A program made the translations under genes and the position numbers. A stretch of 64,000 bases of DNA from the human T2T-CHM13v2.0 reference genome, Homo sapiens: assembly GCF_009914755.1 (NCBI RefSeq), contig NC_060928.1; one strand, written 5' to 3'. Below are positions 49,179 through 61,800 of this stretch, piece by piece. Position 1 is the stretch's first letter; each line of letters starts with the position of its first letter. Under the pieces are notes generated by a model. That model had not been told where the DNA came from, ran no database searches, and saw only the letters and a program-made list of their open reading frames with translations.

Positions 49179-49457
49179 TTTATTACCTGAGTAGTGTTCT
49201 CTAAGAACTCCCAGCTCAAGTGAGTAATTTTAACATGTCCCACGTGGTCGTCCCGCTATCTGGAGTGAGGCTTTTCCTGCCTCCCACCGTCTCAGGCCGA
49301 AGCTTCCCTTTCATTAGGAGACAGAAGATGTCTGGAGTCCTGAATCTTTATAAGTAGTCTGTTGTGCAATGTGTGAAAAGGACCGCTGGGTAAAGTCTTG
49401 CTGGATACAAAAGAGCATCAGTCTAGCTGGAAAGATTAATGAACTGCCTCCTGCCAA

Positions 49458-50876
49458 TGTGTCCGGAATTGGTGGGTTCTTGGTCTCACTGACTTCAAGA
49501 ATGAAGCCGCGGACCCTCCTGGTGAGTGTTACAGCTCTTAAGGTGGCGCGTCTGCAGTTTGTTCCTTCTGATGTGTTCGGAGTTTCTTCCTTCTGGTGGG
49601 TTCGTGGTCTCACTGGCTCAGGAGTGAAGCTGCAGACCTTCGCGGTGAGTGTTACAGCGCTTAAGGTGGCGCGTCTGGAGTTGTTCATTCCTGCCGGTGG
49701 GCTCGTGGTCTCGCTGGCTTCAGGAGTGAAGCTGCAGACTTTCGCAGTGAGTGTTACAGCTCATAAAAACAGTGTGGACCAACCAGTGAGCAGTCGTAAG
49801 ATTTATTGCAAAGACCGAGAGAACAAAGCTTCCACAGTGTGGAAGGGGACCCTAGCGGGTTGCCGCTGCTGGCTGGGGCAGCCTGCTTTTAGTCTCTTAT
49901 CTGGCCCCACCCACATCCTGCTGATTGGTAGAGCCGAGTGGTCTGTTTTGACAGGGCGCTGATTGGTGCGTTTACAATCCCTGAGCTAGACACAAAGGTT
50001 CTCCACGTCCCCACCAGATTAGCTAGATACACAGTGTGGACATAAAGGTTCTCCAAGGCCCCACCAGAGTAGCTAGATACAGAGTGTCCATTGGTGCATT
50101 CGCAAACCCTGAGCTAGACACAGGGTGCTGACTGGTGTGTTTACAAACCTTGAGCTAGATACAGAGTGCCAACTGGTGTATTTACAATCCTTGAGCTAGA
50201 CATAAAGGTTCTCCAAGGCCCCACCAGACTCAGTAGCCCAGCTGGCTTCACCCGGTGGATCCCGCACCTGGGCTGCAGGTGGAGCTGCCTGCCAGTCCCG
50301 CCGCATGCGCCTGCACTCCTCAGCCCTTGGGTGGTTGATGGGACTGGGCGCAGTGGAGCAGGGGGTGGCGCTCGTCGAGGAGGCTCGGGCCGCACAGGAG
50401 CCCACGGAGGGGGTGGGAGGCTCAGGCATGGCGGGCTGCAGGTCCCGAGCCCTGACCCGCGGGAAGGCAGCTAAGGCCCGGTGAGAAATCGAGCGCAGCG
50501 CCTGTAGGCTGGCACTGTTGGGGGACCCGGTACACCCTCCGCAGCCGCTGGCCCGGGTGCTAAGCCCCTCATTGCCCTGGGCGACAGGGCCGGCCGGCTG
50601 CTCCGAGTGCGGGCCCGCCAAGCCCACGCCCACCCGGAACTCCAGCTGGCCCGCAAGCGCCGTGCGCAGCCCCGGTTCCCGCTCGCGCCTCTCCCCCGAC
50701 ACCTCCCTGCAAGCTGAGGGAGCCGGCTCCGGCCTTGGCCAGCCCAGAACGGGGCTCCCACAGTGCAGCGGTGGGCTGAAGGGCTCCTCAAGTGCCGCCA
50801 AAGTGGGAGCCCAGGCAGAGGAGGTGCGGAGAGCGAGCGAGGGCTGTGAGGACTGCCGGCACGCTGTCACCTCTCA
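49458..50876 (-). mobile_element. Complete LTR12C (HERV9) solo LTR
   Basis: Reverse complement of TGAGAGGTGACAGCGTG... and ...CCAATTCCGGACACA; gagctagacac/gattggt enhancer repeats; 4-bp TSD ccaa (49454-49457, 50877-50880). Confidence 0.97.
49880..50215 (-). promoter_or_regulatory. LTR12C U3 enhancer repeats and core promoter (NF-Y CCAAT, GATA, TATA-like box)
   Basis: attgg (CCAAT) motifs near 49924, 49962 and 50090; ttatct (GATA) near 49897; known ERV9 LTR architecture; activity here not shown. Confidence 0.6.
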
Positions 50877-51119
50877 CCAACAAGTGGCCTTCAAGTGATA
50901 ACGAAAAGGACTATTCTGTGGCGCTACCTCAGCCTCCAGCATCTCCGGGGCACAGGTGATGGATACTCCTGAGTTCAGAGAAGCTCTAGCTCCACAACTC
51001 AAAGCTCCTGTCCACACCGGCATTCCGCTGTGCTCTCTCCCCTGTGCCCTGATGTAGAAGATCCTTTCTTCTAAGTTCCCTTTGCATTATAATTGAGTAC
51101 TTATTAAAAAGGCAAATTT

Positions 51120-51489
<370 letters not shown>

Positions 51490-51769
51490 TTATTTTTATG
51501 CATGCTTAATTTGGAGAACCAAGGTAATAAAAAATATAGAGAGTATTTACAATGGATATCCATCCATTTTTGAATATCCATCAAGTATTGGGGAGAAAAA
51601 AATTAAATATGAGGATTTAAGTAATAATCCTTCCAAAAGGTTATATTTAGTTAAACACACGACTTGACGAATTATTTTTGTTAGAAGTTCACAATTCATT
51701 CCTATGGTTAGTCTGTTTTTTAAAAATACACTCTTCTAAGTGTCTCCATCATCCTCACCTGAATTCTTC

Positions 51770-51860
51770 TTAAACACACAAATCATTGGGTTCCTATATC
51801 TTTGATTCAGTAGACCTGGAGTGTAACGAAGAAATCTGCATTTCAACAAGCTCCCCGGTT
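51770..51860. mobile_element. MER5-like hAT fragment
   Basis: tgattcagtagacctggagtg...aatctgcatttcaacaagctcccc. Confidence 0.6.
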
Positions 51861-51914
51861 TAATACCTTAAATCTCTAGAAAGTTTGCAAATCTCTTGTT
51901 AAAGGAGAGAGAAC

Positions 51915-52090
51915 TTCATGTGAGTTCTATTTCATCCTAACTATTGGCTTCCTGTCAGAACTATTTGCGTTGTTTCTTCATCTGTAAATTAGCTTAATAA
52001 TATCTCTTAAACTGTTATTATGAAGATTTAAATGCAGGTACAGTATAGAGGGATACTTAGCAGACAATAAAGAGCTAAAATAATATTAAA
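51915..52090 (+). mobile_element. MIR (degenerate)
   Basis: tgtttcttcatctgtaaa...tgaagatttaaatg. Confidence 0.55.
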
Positions 52091-52865
52091 TTGTTGATAG
52101 AACAAAGTTCATGAAAGATGAGTGTGTAACCAAGAAATGAAAGCGAGGATCCGGAGGCTGGCTCTGTTCTTTGTCATGCTCGGTGACCAAGTGGGAAGAC
52201 CGTGTCCTCTGATGCCGATCTTTGTGTACGCCTGAATTACACATCATGACACAAACAGAAAGTTACACAACTCAATTTCCTTTTTAGCTTTCTAATGTGA
52301 GGTGCTCGCTCTATCTCCCTTTCTGTCTGCCTCACTCCATTGGTTAATGTTTTAAATTCTTTGTTATAACCTGAAACAGTGATGAAGTGCACAGGATACA
52401 AGGAAAGCAAATACTTCTAAAGGGTGTTTTTTGCTTGGCAAATCAAACAGGAGATTTTCCCTAGAGTATTCTAAGTTAGGTGAAACTGAGGGTGCATACT
52501 CCATAAAATCCTAGGAGTTGGTAAGAAAGAAAGTACAGAGAAATATCTTCTTTATTTTGTCCCCAACTTGCAGTGTAAATGGATTCTATTTGTATTGTAT
52601 TCTATTATTTTCTTTTAATTCCTGAAATAAACTCTATAATTTGGTATTTATTTTAGCATTTTAAATTATATGTTCTTATGCTTTATGTACCTCTGGATAT
52701 TGTCATAAATCATTTTTGTAACTAGGCGGAAAATCAATCTGTCTGCCTGAAGGAGAAGTGAACATTGCTCTTTAATATTTGGAGTTTTTAAAAATCATAT
52801 TTCTTTATTTATATTAATCAGACGAATCCTCTTTGAGCTTCGTCTGCCTAGCCAGCAAAAGTTCA

Positions 52866-53135
<270 letters not shown>

Positions 53136-53729
53136 ATCATCATCATCATGGTTTTGGATGTAGAGCAGGGAGCGGAGGAATATACTCGGTAGCCATATCC
53201 AACTACAGGTCCAACAAAGAGTCTCAGGATTTTAGACAATCTGGAACATTTCAGAAAGAACCCTCTGAATTTAAGATCACATTGGTCTGTTGGTAACTAA
53301 ATTGATAATTATCTAACCAGCAAGGTCAAGGTCATTAGCATTGCTTTTTGCAGGCCAAATATGGACATAGGAATTTATTCAGAGGGTACATACTCCATGC
53401 CTGGCTTTCAGTCTTCCTAGGCTCATTTCTATTTGAGTTCTACCTTATCCCCAGGACACTAGAAGAGAGTAGGGCACTTGCATCCTCTACTTGAACACTA
53501 CAAAGCTTTCTGCGTTCTTAACAACTTCAGGAATTTCCCTCGCTTGCCCTCCTCTTTAGTTAAGTCTACTTCCTTAATCTATGCATGAGCATTCACTCTC
53601 TCCATCACTGGCACTGTGAATGACACCTCACTTTCAGAGACTGGTATTTGTTTCCTGGAATGAGTAGGGAAAGCAGTGGTTAAGAACATAGGGTAATTTT
53701 TTTCCTTAACAGTTATATTTTTACATAAT

Positions 53730-54735
53730 CTAGTTCTGTACTTGTAAGGTAGGTCAGCTAGCAACAAATTATCTGAGTTTTTGTTTATTTGCTTGTTTTA
53801 TTGATAATGTCTTTATTTTGTCTTCAGTTTTGAAAGATAATATTGCTGGTTATAGATATCCTTGGTTGACTTTCAGCCCTATGAATATGTTATCCAACTG
53901 TCTCTGGCCTTCGTTGTTTCTGATGAAAAGTCAGTAGTCAATCTTATTGGGATTCCCTTGAAAATGGTGAGTCTTTTTCTTGCAGGTTTCAAGATTTTTC
54001 TCTTTGCCTTGCCATCAACATATTAATTGTGATGTGTCTTGGTGTTAATCTCTTTCTGTGTATCATATTTGGAGTTCACTGAGCTTCCTGTATTTGCAAA
54101 CGTTTTTCATCAATTTGGAGATGTTTCCAGCTATGATTTCTTCAAATGATTTTTCTGCCTTGCCTCTCTTTTTTTCTTTCTTCTTCTTCTAGTTTTCTCA
54201 GTATGCTTTTATTGGTACACTTAATTATGTCCCACATTTGTCTGAGGCTCAGTTTATTTTTCTTCATTGTTTTTTCTCTGTTGTTCAGACTGCCAAATCT
54301 CTGTTGATTCATTTTCATGCTCACTTATTTCATCTTCTGCCCATTTAACTTGTTTATTATACATCTAAACTCCAGAATTTTCATTTGGTTCTTTTTTATC
54401 TCTTTTTGTTGATATTCTCTATTTGATTAGTCATTGCCAACATGTTTCCTTTAGTTCTGTAGACTTAGTATCCTCTAGTTCTCTGAGTAAATGTACAATG
54501 GCTGTTTTGAAATGTTTGCCTGCTAAGTCCAACATCTTGGGCCCTTCAAAAAGCAGCTTCTATTGCATGATGTTTTTCTCTCCTTTTTTTATGCATCACA
54601 CTTCCTTTTTATTTGCATATCTGATAATATTTTGTTGAAAATGGGACATTATATATAATGCAACATCTGTAGAATTGATTCCTCCATCCTGGGAAGCTGA
54701 TGTTATTATTCACTTGTGAATTCATTTGCTAAAGA
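53730..54735 (-). mobile_element. Old L1M ORF1/5' region
   Basis: ttttgaaagataatattgctggttataga; ORF 54142-54324 resembles L1 ORF1p (LRQMWDIIK). Confidence 0.75.
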
Positions 54736-54737
54736 GG

Positions 54738-56515
54738 TTTTTTTTTAATTTTTAATTTTTGTGGGTACGTAGTAGGTGTATACATTTATCGGGTACATGA
54801 AATGTTTTGATACAGGCATACATTGTGAAATAAACACATCATAGAGAATGGGGTATCCATTCCCCCAAGCATTTATCCTTTGAGTTACAATCAAATTACA
54901 TTCTTTAAGTTATTTTAAAATGTACTATTGTTAACTATAATTACCCTGTTGTGCTATCAAATAGTAGGTCTTATTCATTCATTCTATTTTTTTGTACCCA
55001 TTAACTATCTCTACCTCCCCTGCAGCCATGACTACCCTTCCCAGCCTCTGGTAACCATCCTTCTACTCTCCATGTCCATGAGTACAGTTGTTTTAATTTT
55101 TAGATGCCACAAATGAGTGAGAACATGCAGTGTTTGTCTTCTTTCTGTGCCTGGCTTATTTCACTTAGCATAATGATCTCCAGGTCTATCATGTTGTTGA
55201 AAATGACTGGATCTCATTACTTTTTATGGCTGAATAGTACTCCATTGTGTATATATGTCACATTTTCTTTATCCATTAACCTGTTGCTGGACTCTTAGAT
55301 TGCTTCCAAATCTTAGCTATTGTAAACAGTGCTGCAATAAACAAAGGAGTGCAGATATATCTTCAATATACTGATTTACTTTCTTGTCTATATACCCATC
55401 AGTGGGATTGCTGGATCATATGGTGGCTTAGCTTTTAGTTTTTTTGAGGAACCTCCAAACTGTCCTCCATAGTGCTTGTACTAATTTGCATTCCCACCAA
55501 CAGTGTACAAAGGTTCCCTTTTCTCCATATCCTTGCCAGCATTTGTTATTGCCTGTCTTTTGGATAAAAGCCATTTTAACTGGGGTGAGATAATATCTAA
55601 CTGTAGTTTTTATTTGCATTTCTCTGGTGACCAATGATGTTGAACACCTTTTCATATGCCTGTTTTCCATGTATATGTCTTCCTTTGAGAAATGTCTATT
55701 CAGATCTTTTGCCTGTATTTTGAAAACATTATTAGTTTGCTTTTTTTTTCCTATAGAGTTGTTTGAGCCCCTTATATAGTCTGGTTATTAATCCCTTGTC
55801 AGATGGGTAGTTTGCAAATATTCTCCCATTCTGTGGGTTGTCTCTTTATTTTGTTGATTGCATTCTTTTCTCTGCAGAAGCTTTTTAACTTGATGTGATA
55901 CCATTTCTTCATTTTTGCTTTGGGGTATTACTCAAGAAATTTTTGCACAGACTAATGTCCTGGAGATTTTCCCCAGTGTTTTCTTGTAGTAGTTTCATAG
56001 TGTGAAGTGTTAGATTTCAGTCTTTCATCCATTTTTATTTTATTTTTTATATGGTGAGAGATAGGGGTCTAGTTTCATTATTCTGCATATGGATGTCCAG
56101 TTTTCCCAGGACTATTTATAGAAAAGACTGTCTTTTTCCCAGTGTATGTTCTTGGCACCTTTGTCAAAAATGAGTTCACTGTAGGTGTGTAGATTTGTTT
56201 CTGGGTTCTCTATTCTATTCCATTGTTCTATGTGTCTACTTTAATCAAGCACCATCCTGTTTTGGTTACTATACCTCTGCAATATAATTTAAAGTCAGGT
56301 AATGTAATTCATTCAGTTTTGTTCTTTTTGCTTAGGATAGCTTTGGCTATCCTGCATCTTTTGAGGTTACATATAAATTTTAGAGATTTTTTTGTATTTC
56401 TGTGAAGAATGTCATTGGTATTTTAACAGGGATTGCATTGAATCTGTAGATTGTTTGGGGTAGTATGGATATTTTAACAATATTAATTCTTCCAGTCCAT
56501 AAACATGAAATAATT
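54738..56515 (-). mobile_element. L1MA2/3-like 3' portion
   Basis: tttttgtgggtacgtagtaggtgtatacattt 3' UTR; ORF 55428-55670 ([20 protein letters not shown]) matches the ORF2p C-terminus. Confidence 0.9.
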
Positions 56516-56524
56516 TTCACCTCC

Positions 56525-56955
56525 TGTATTAGTCAGAGTTCTTTTAGAGGGACAGAAAGAATAGGATATATATAAAGGGGAATTTATTAAGTATTAATTC
56601 ACATAATCACAAGGTCCCACAATAGGCTATCTGTAGGCTGAGGAGCAAGGAGAGCCAGTCCAAGTCCCAGAACTGAAGAACTTGGAATCTGATGTTCAAG
56701 GACAGGAAGCATCCAGCACAGGAGAAAGATGTAGGCTGGGAGGCTAGGCCTCTCTCTCCTTTTCATGTTTTTCTGCCTGCTTTATATGTGATGGAAGCTG
56801 ATCATATTGTGCCCATCAGATTAAGGGTGGATCTGCCTTTCCCAGCCCACTGACTCAAACGTTAATGTCTTGGCAATACCTACACAGACACACCCAGGAT
56901 TAATACTTTGTATCCCTCAATCCAATCAAGTTGACACTCACTATTAACCATCATG
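56525..56955 (-). mobile_element. MLT2A1-like (HERVL) solo LTR
   Basis: tgtattagtcag...ttagagggacagaa...tcaatccaatcaagttgacactca...aaccatca; 5-bp TSD cctcc. Confidence 0.9.
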
Positions 56956-57038
56956 CCTCCCATCAGGTCCCACCTCCAACATTGAGGGTAACATTTCAAT
57001 ATGAGATTTGGGCTGGGACACGCATCCAAACTATATCA
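56956..57038 (-). mobile_element. MSTA-like LTR remnant (target of the MLT2A1)
   Basis: cccacctccaacattg...atgagatttggg...catccaaactatatca. Confidence 0.8.
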
Positions 57039-57485
57039 GGTGTATGGCTTAGAAGCTGCTATGATAGGTCATGAAGTTTATATTTTTGCCTTATGTTCAA
57101 CCAGGAACCGGTAGCTTGGCTTTCCCTGCTCCAGCACTCTTGAGAGGGTGCAGCAATGGACATGCATATGGTCTTCTGCACTGCCAGGGAAGCATGTGAT
57201 TTCATCTTTAATCCTTACTTCCTATAATTTGCCGCTGGGTCAGAGGACTTTATGGTTCAATCAGTGGTTGCTCAGTTTAGATCCTTAGTGCCAGTACAGT
57301 GTCAGTCCTATTCTAGGAATATCCCTAGCAAATATATGAAGATGTCTAAACAAAGGTAGATGATTTGTCCCAGTATCTGAGAGGTGTAAAAGATGAATGC
57401 ACTTGCACAGATACCTGGATCTGGTCATGGATGGTAGATGAGATTGGGAGTTACAGTTCTGATAAAGCTGCCACAGCATAGGATG

Positions 57486-57538
57486 TATATTACTCAGCTT
57501 TCTCCAGAGAAACAGAATCAAAAGGATGTGTGAAGACA

Positions 57539-57588
<50 letters not shown>

Positions 57589-58034
57589 GATAGGAATTCA
57601 TTATAAGGAATTGGCTTATGTAATTGTGGGGTTGACCAGTCCCAAGCTCTGCAGGGTGAGTTAGCAAGCTGTGGACCTGGAGAGCTGATAGCGTAGTTCC
57701 ATTCTGAAGACCAGCATGCTCAACACCCAGGAAGGGTCAATGTTACAGTTCAAGATTGAAGGCAGGAAAAGTCTGATGTTCCAGTTCAAGAGAAGTCAGG
57801 CAGAAAGAATTCTTACTCAGAGGAGAGTAAGCTTTTTTGTTGTGTTCAGGCTTTCAACTGATTGATTGAGGCCCCCCGCTCCATTAGGTAGGGCAATCCG
57901 CTTTATTCAGTCTACCAATTTAAGTGCTAATCTCATCCAAAAACTCCCTTATGGAAGCACCCAGTATGACCTTTGCCCAAATGTCTTGGTACCCTATGGC
58001 TCAGTAAAAAATGACACATAACATTAAGCATCAC
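57486..58034 (-). mobile_element. MLT2B/C/D-like ERVL LTR
   Basis: tctccagagaaacagaa...tataaggaattggct...gggcaatccgctttattcagtctac...attaagcatcaca. Confidence 0.85.
57540..57593. repeat. (TAGA)12 tetranucleotide STR
   Basis: Twelve perfect TAGA units followed by tgatag. Confidence 0.97.
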
Positions 58035-59224
58035 AGGAAGGAAAGAAACAATTCCAGCAGAAGGATGCTTATGAATGTCATCAGCGGGTCAGGTAGAAGT
58101 GGCAAGCAAATCTTACATGCAAACACCAACACCTAGGGGAGCTATACAAAAGTGCACTTTTCATTAATGTGATCCTCAGTATGATGTCCATGTTCAAGGA
58201 ATGTAAAAGTAATAACAGCCAACCAATAAGACAATTATAACTTCAGCAAGTTAAGTAAAGAGGTATTAATGTTTGCCCTTTTCCTTTGTTTTCCCCCACT
58301 CAAAAACACAAGAGGAGATAGCACACAGTAAGAATGGGAAAACAATGAGCAAAATTCAGGCCATAATAGCTCTGGTTTTGAGATGTTAGAAAGGCTGTAG
58401 AGAGTTAGAAAGAGTCAATTGGGGTCAATTGACTCTTCTATCTGTCTCTTTGAATTTTACATTTGGCAGTAGCTTTAGGCCAATAAACTCAACTTGCTTC
58501 ACACCAAACTATGCATGTGGTGCTTGGTTAATGCCACACTTACCACCAGGAACTTGAAGGGAATCCAGGCCCAGTACCCCAATCTCTCCTCCTCCAATGT
58601 ACAATTGCCTAGAATATTTAACTCCATATATATTTAACTTTTCCGATTTGTGTATCACACTTTTGTTTTGGAAAATTGGCAACCAACAGGAATGCAACCT
58701 CTTAACTGGGAGCAAGAAGTTCTGCCTTTTACTTCTAGTTATATTGCTTGGGAAAAAAGCTGTTTAACCTTCTTGGCCTCGTAATCCTCATCTTTAAAGA
58801 TTAAGATTTGTCTAGGTCAATTATTCTTAAATTTTGTGAGTCATGAACTACTGGAAAAATCATTTAAGCTTTTATCATTATGTTCTCAGAAAGCTGTAGA
58901 CCTTCACACAAAAATTATGCTGAGACATACAAATTGGATAATATTTTGCATATTAGATAAGTTATGGACTCTTGGAAGATGGTCCAGATTAAGAGTCTTC
59001 AAACAATCTGCTAGTTTTTTCTTGTCTCCAGTTTTTTACAAAATGTTTAACTTTTGAATCAATCAAATAGTTTTCTTGGAGAAAGTTTTCCATATAATGT
59101 ACAAATTGAATAACAGGCATAGGATAAAAGAGTATGAAGAAGATGATTGGCATTAATCTTGAGTTTTGAGGTTTTCATAGTTTAAGAATTATTGTAAAAT
59201 AAAAATTGTTTCCAAGGATCTTGT

Positions 59225-59440
59225 AGATCAGCAGCTGGTGAATATAAATAGGATAGAGAAAATGTTTTCTGCTTTGCAGGCCATACAGTCTCTGCTCTGA
59301 CTACTCAGCTCTGCCACCATATCATGAAAGCAACCACAGAAAATATGTAAATAAATGAGCATGGCTGTATTCCAGTAAAACTTTATTTACAAAAACAATT
59401 AGCAGATGGGTTTTAACCCATAGATTGCTAGTCTGTTTTA
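59225..59440. mobile_element. MER58A hAT-Charlie MITE
   Basis: gctttgcaggccatacagtctct...actactcagctctgcc...gagcatggctgtattccagtaaaactttatttacaaaaaca. Confidence 0.85.
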
Positions 59441-61116
59441 GATGACCAAAGTTATCTTTAAACTTTTCATTTAATTTTGCCTAATATGCTTAACATTTTG
59501 CCCTAAAATTGAAGCATAACAACATTTATAGACTAATTTATTTTTTGTCCTAACATTGAGGTGGAACAATATCTGTAATCTAAATTCATTATCTTCATTA
59601 TACAAGTTTATATTCAGGAAAACATGTACAAAGTATTTTTCATGTAAAATATACTGTGCCTTTTAGATATGTGAATGCTATAGATCTCAAGAATTTAGTA
59701 ATCCTAAACTCTGTACTATTACCCTCTAATTTATTCCATTCTCAGCTTCATAAAAGTACATTATGAACTTTGCTTGAAAAACTTTGTTTTGAAGCAAAGT
59801 TATCCATTTCCATGGATAAAAGACTTATAAATTGAATCAAAATTGTAAATACACAGTATCAAAAATCTTGCCAATTGTCACTATATCTGCATTGGAGCTA
59901 ATCGCATCAATCCAAGAAGTTATTTATTCTGTATTTGTGCCTTATTTTAATAAAGTTATTTATTCATAAATCTCTCCATTGTGTATACAAGTTTAATTTT
60001 CATAATTCTCCCTTTAAGGACCATTCCATTTTTCTGAGAGTAAAGATTAATAAAAACAAATTAAATTATTTTGATTTTCAGAGGAAATCAGATTTTGAAC
60101 TCCAAAGTGGTACATGAGAAACCCACAAGATTCATTTTCAAGGCTTATGAGTTGATATCCTTTTTATATAGTACCTTTACAACATCAATTAATTACTTTT
60201 TTTTCATTCTTCCTTTGAGATAAAGATTTTGTATGATAATTGAAATTCAGGTCAAGTTATGGCCAAGGAAAGCTTAATCCTTCTTTGTCTTTTATGTAGT
60301 CCTTTGTGGTAGCCATTTAAATAATATCTTATGTAAGGTGACTTGGATGAGAAAAAATACTTTAGGCTCACAGAAATTTTATATTCCAGATATAAATTTC
60401 TTTTTTTCCAGATCTCACAAATCTGCTGAGATGTTTCTACTAATTCTTTTTTCTTTTTCTCCTTCAAGAATTTAAACTGTTACTTCTCTGGATGTTCCTT
60501 CAAAGCCTTAAATTTTGCAATAAATCATCTCTCTCCCTTTTTGTCTCCACTTTCTATTTTTTTCTCTTTTTGTTGCATTTTACACTTCCATTGGTCTCTG
60601 CAATATTGATTAGAAATAAGAAGTAAACAAAAACTAATACAACTTCTGGAGAAATGTATTGGTCTGCAGTCTGACTTTTCTGTTTGCTTTATTATCTCTT
60701 TTGTAAATAATCCTAATATTTCTTCCTTCCTTTTAGATTGAGCTAAGTCAATTTTTAAAAATTTTTCCAGTCTGTTAAAGCTCATTACTAGATTTTTGAA
60801 ATTAGCATTTTTTATATATTCTACTAGAAAGTATTTCTTATTGACTATGTGATCTGTCTGTTTCAAATGCAGATAACCTGACATTTGTCTTTATCCCAGT
60901 AGAACTATTCATATCTAGACAGCCAAGGTACAATCAATGACAAGGTCCTCACAGATTTAGGGTACGTTTTTAATATTAAATATGATTTGACCTCTCTTAA
61001 TCATGACAGTGGCACAGGCATCTTTAACACTCTAATTGTTCAAAAGAACTGGCACACCAAGTCATACCAGATTTTATTCCACTTTATCCTTGTTCTTTTA
61101 GAAGAGCTTCTCTACT

Positions 61117-61175
61117 AGCTGGGCATGGTGGCTCATGCCTGCAATCCCAGCACTTTGGGAAGCTGAGGCAGGTGG
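61117..61175 (+). mobile_element. Alu 5' fragment
   Basis: gctgggcatggtggctcatgcctgcaatcccagcactttgggaagctgaggcaggtgg. Confidence 0.9.
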
Positions 61176-61695
61176 TCTAGGTCCCATCGTTCAAAGCACA
61201 GAAAGCCAATTACCAAGACAACAAGGATTGCCAAGGAAGAAGGCTTTTTATTTAGCTGACATCAGCCAGGGAGATGGAAGCCAAACATAAAATCCATCTT
61301 CCCCAACCTACTAAAATTGGGGGCTTAGATAGTGCAAAAGGAATGTAGCTACATGTGGGAAGGAATTGGGGGTGGGGTTAAGGAAGAAATTGTGACTGAT
61401 GAGGGGTCTGGCATCTCATTGTCTGGATGAGGTGATCTGATGAGTTTCACTTCCTTACTGGGTGGGGTAGTTTCCTGAAAACAGAACTTAGATAAGGCAA
61501 ATGTAACTTTAAAGTTATAAGACCAAGGAGGTGCTTGAGCCCAGGAGTTCAAGCCTGCAGCGACCTATGATCAAGCCTGGGCAACACAGCAAGACCCTGT
61601 CTCTAAAAAGAATTTAAAAAGAACAGGGAGGGTCATTTTCTATGTTTATTCAAAAAGCTGTAAATATTAGTTCTAAGGGACAGTTAGGCTTTTCA
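61176..61695 (-). mobile_element. ERV1 LTR (MER31-like), interrupted by an Alu piece
   Basis: gattgccaaggaagaaggcttt...cagaacttagataaggcaaatgtaac...; resumes ggagggtcattttctatgtttattcaaaa...gttctaagggaca. Confidence 0.6.
61526..61620 (+). mobile_element. 5'-truncated old Alu/FAM-type 3' fragment
   Basis: gcttgagcccaggagttcaagcctgcag...agcctgggcaacacagcaagaccctgtctct + A-rich tail. Confidence 0.85.
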
Positions 61696-61699
61696 CTTT

Positions 61700-61800
61700 C
61701 TCCATTTTACAGATAACATTGCTGAAGCCAAGTGTTTAAGTAATTTTCCCAAAGTCAGTACACAGAGGATCTATGATTCAAGCCCTCATAGGTCTGCCTT
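61700..61800 (-). mobile_element. MIR fragment
   Basis: tccattttacagataa...taagtaattttcccaaagtca. Confidence 0.65.

Noticed and set aside
49950-50225. Regularly spaced ~40-bp repeats superficially like a CRISPR array
   Set aside because: Known LTR12 U3 tandem enhancer repeats; no unique spacers or cas genes; eukaryotic DNA
49314-50898. Long overlapping ORFs (197 aa, 224 aa and others)
   Set aside because: They lie almost wholly within the GC-rich LTR12C, where stop-poor frames are expected
52140-52330. Small patch with several CpGs in unique sequence
   Set aside because: Too short for a CpG island and no motif I can support; needs chromatin data
57039-57485. Possible ERVL internal sequence between the two MLT2 LTRs
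   Set aside because: The LTRs are different subfamilies, the MLT2A1 has its own TSD, and I could not recognise the intervening sequence; not a provirus
60252-60884. 119-aa and 71-aa lysine-rich - strand ORFs suggesting a decayed gene
   Set aside because: No recognisable domain; composition follows from T-rich + strand DNA; a translated search would be needed to reopen this
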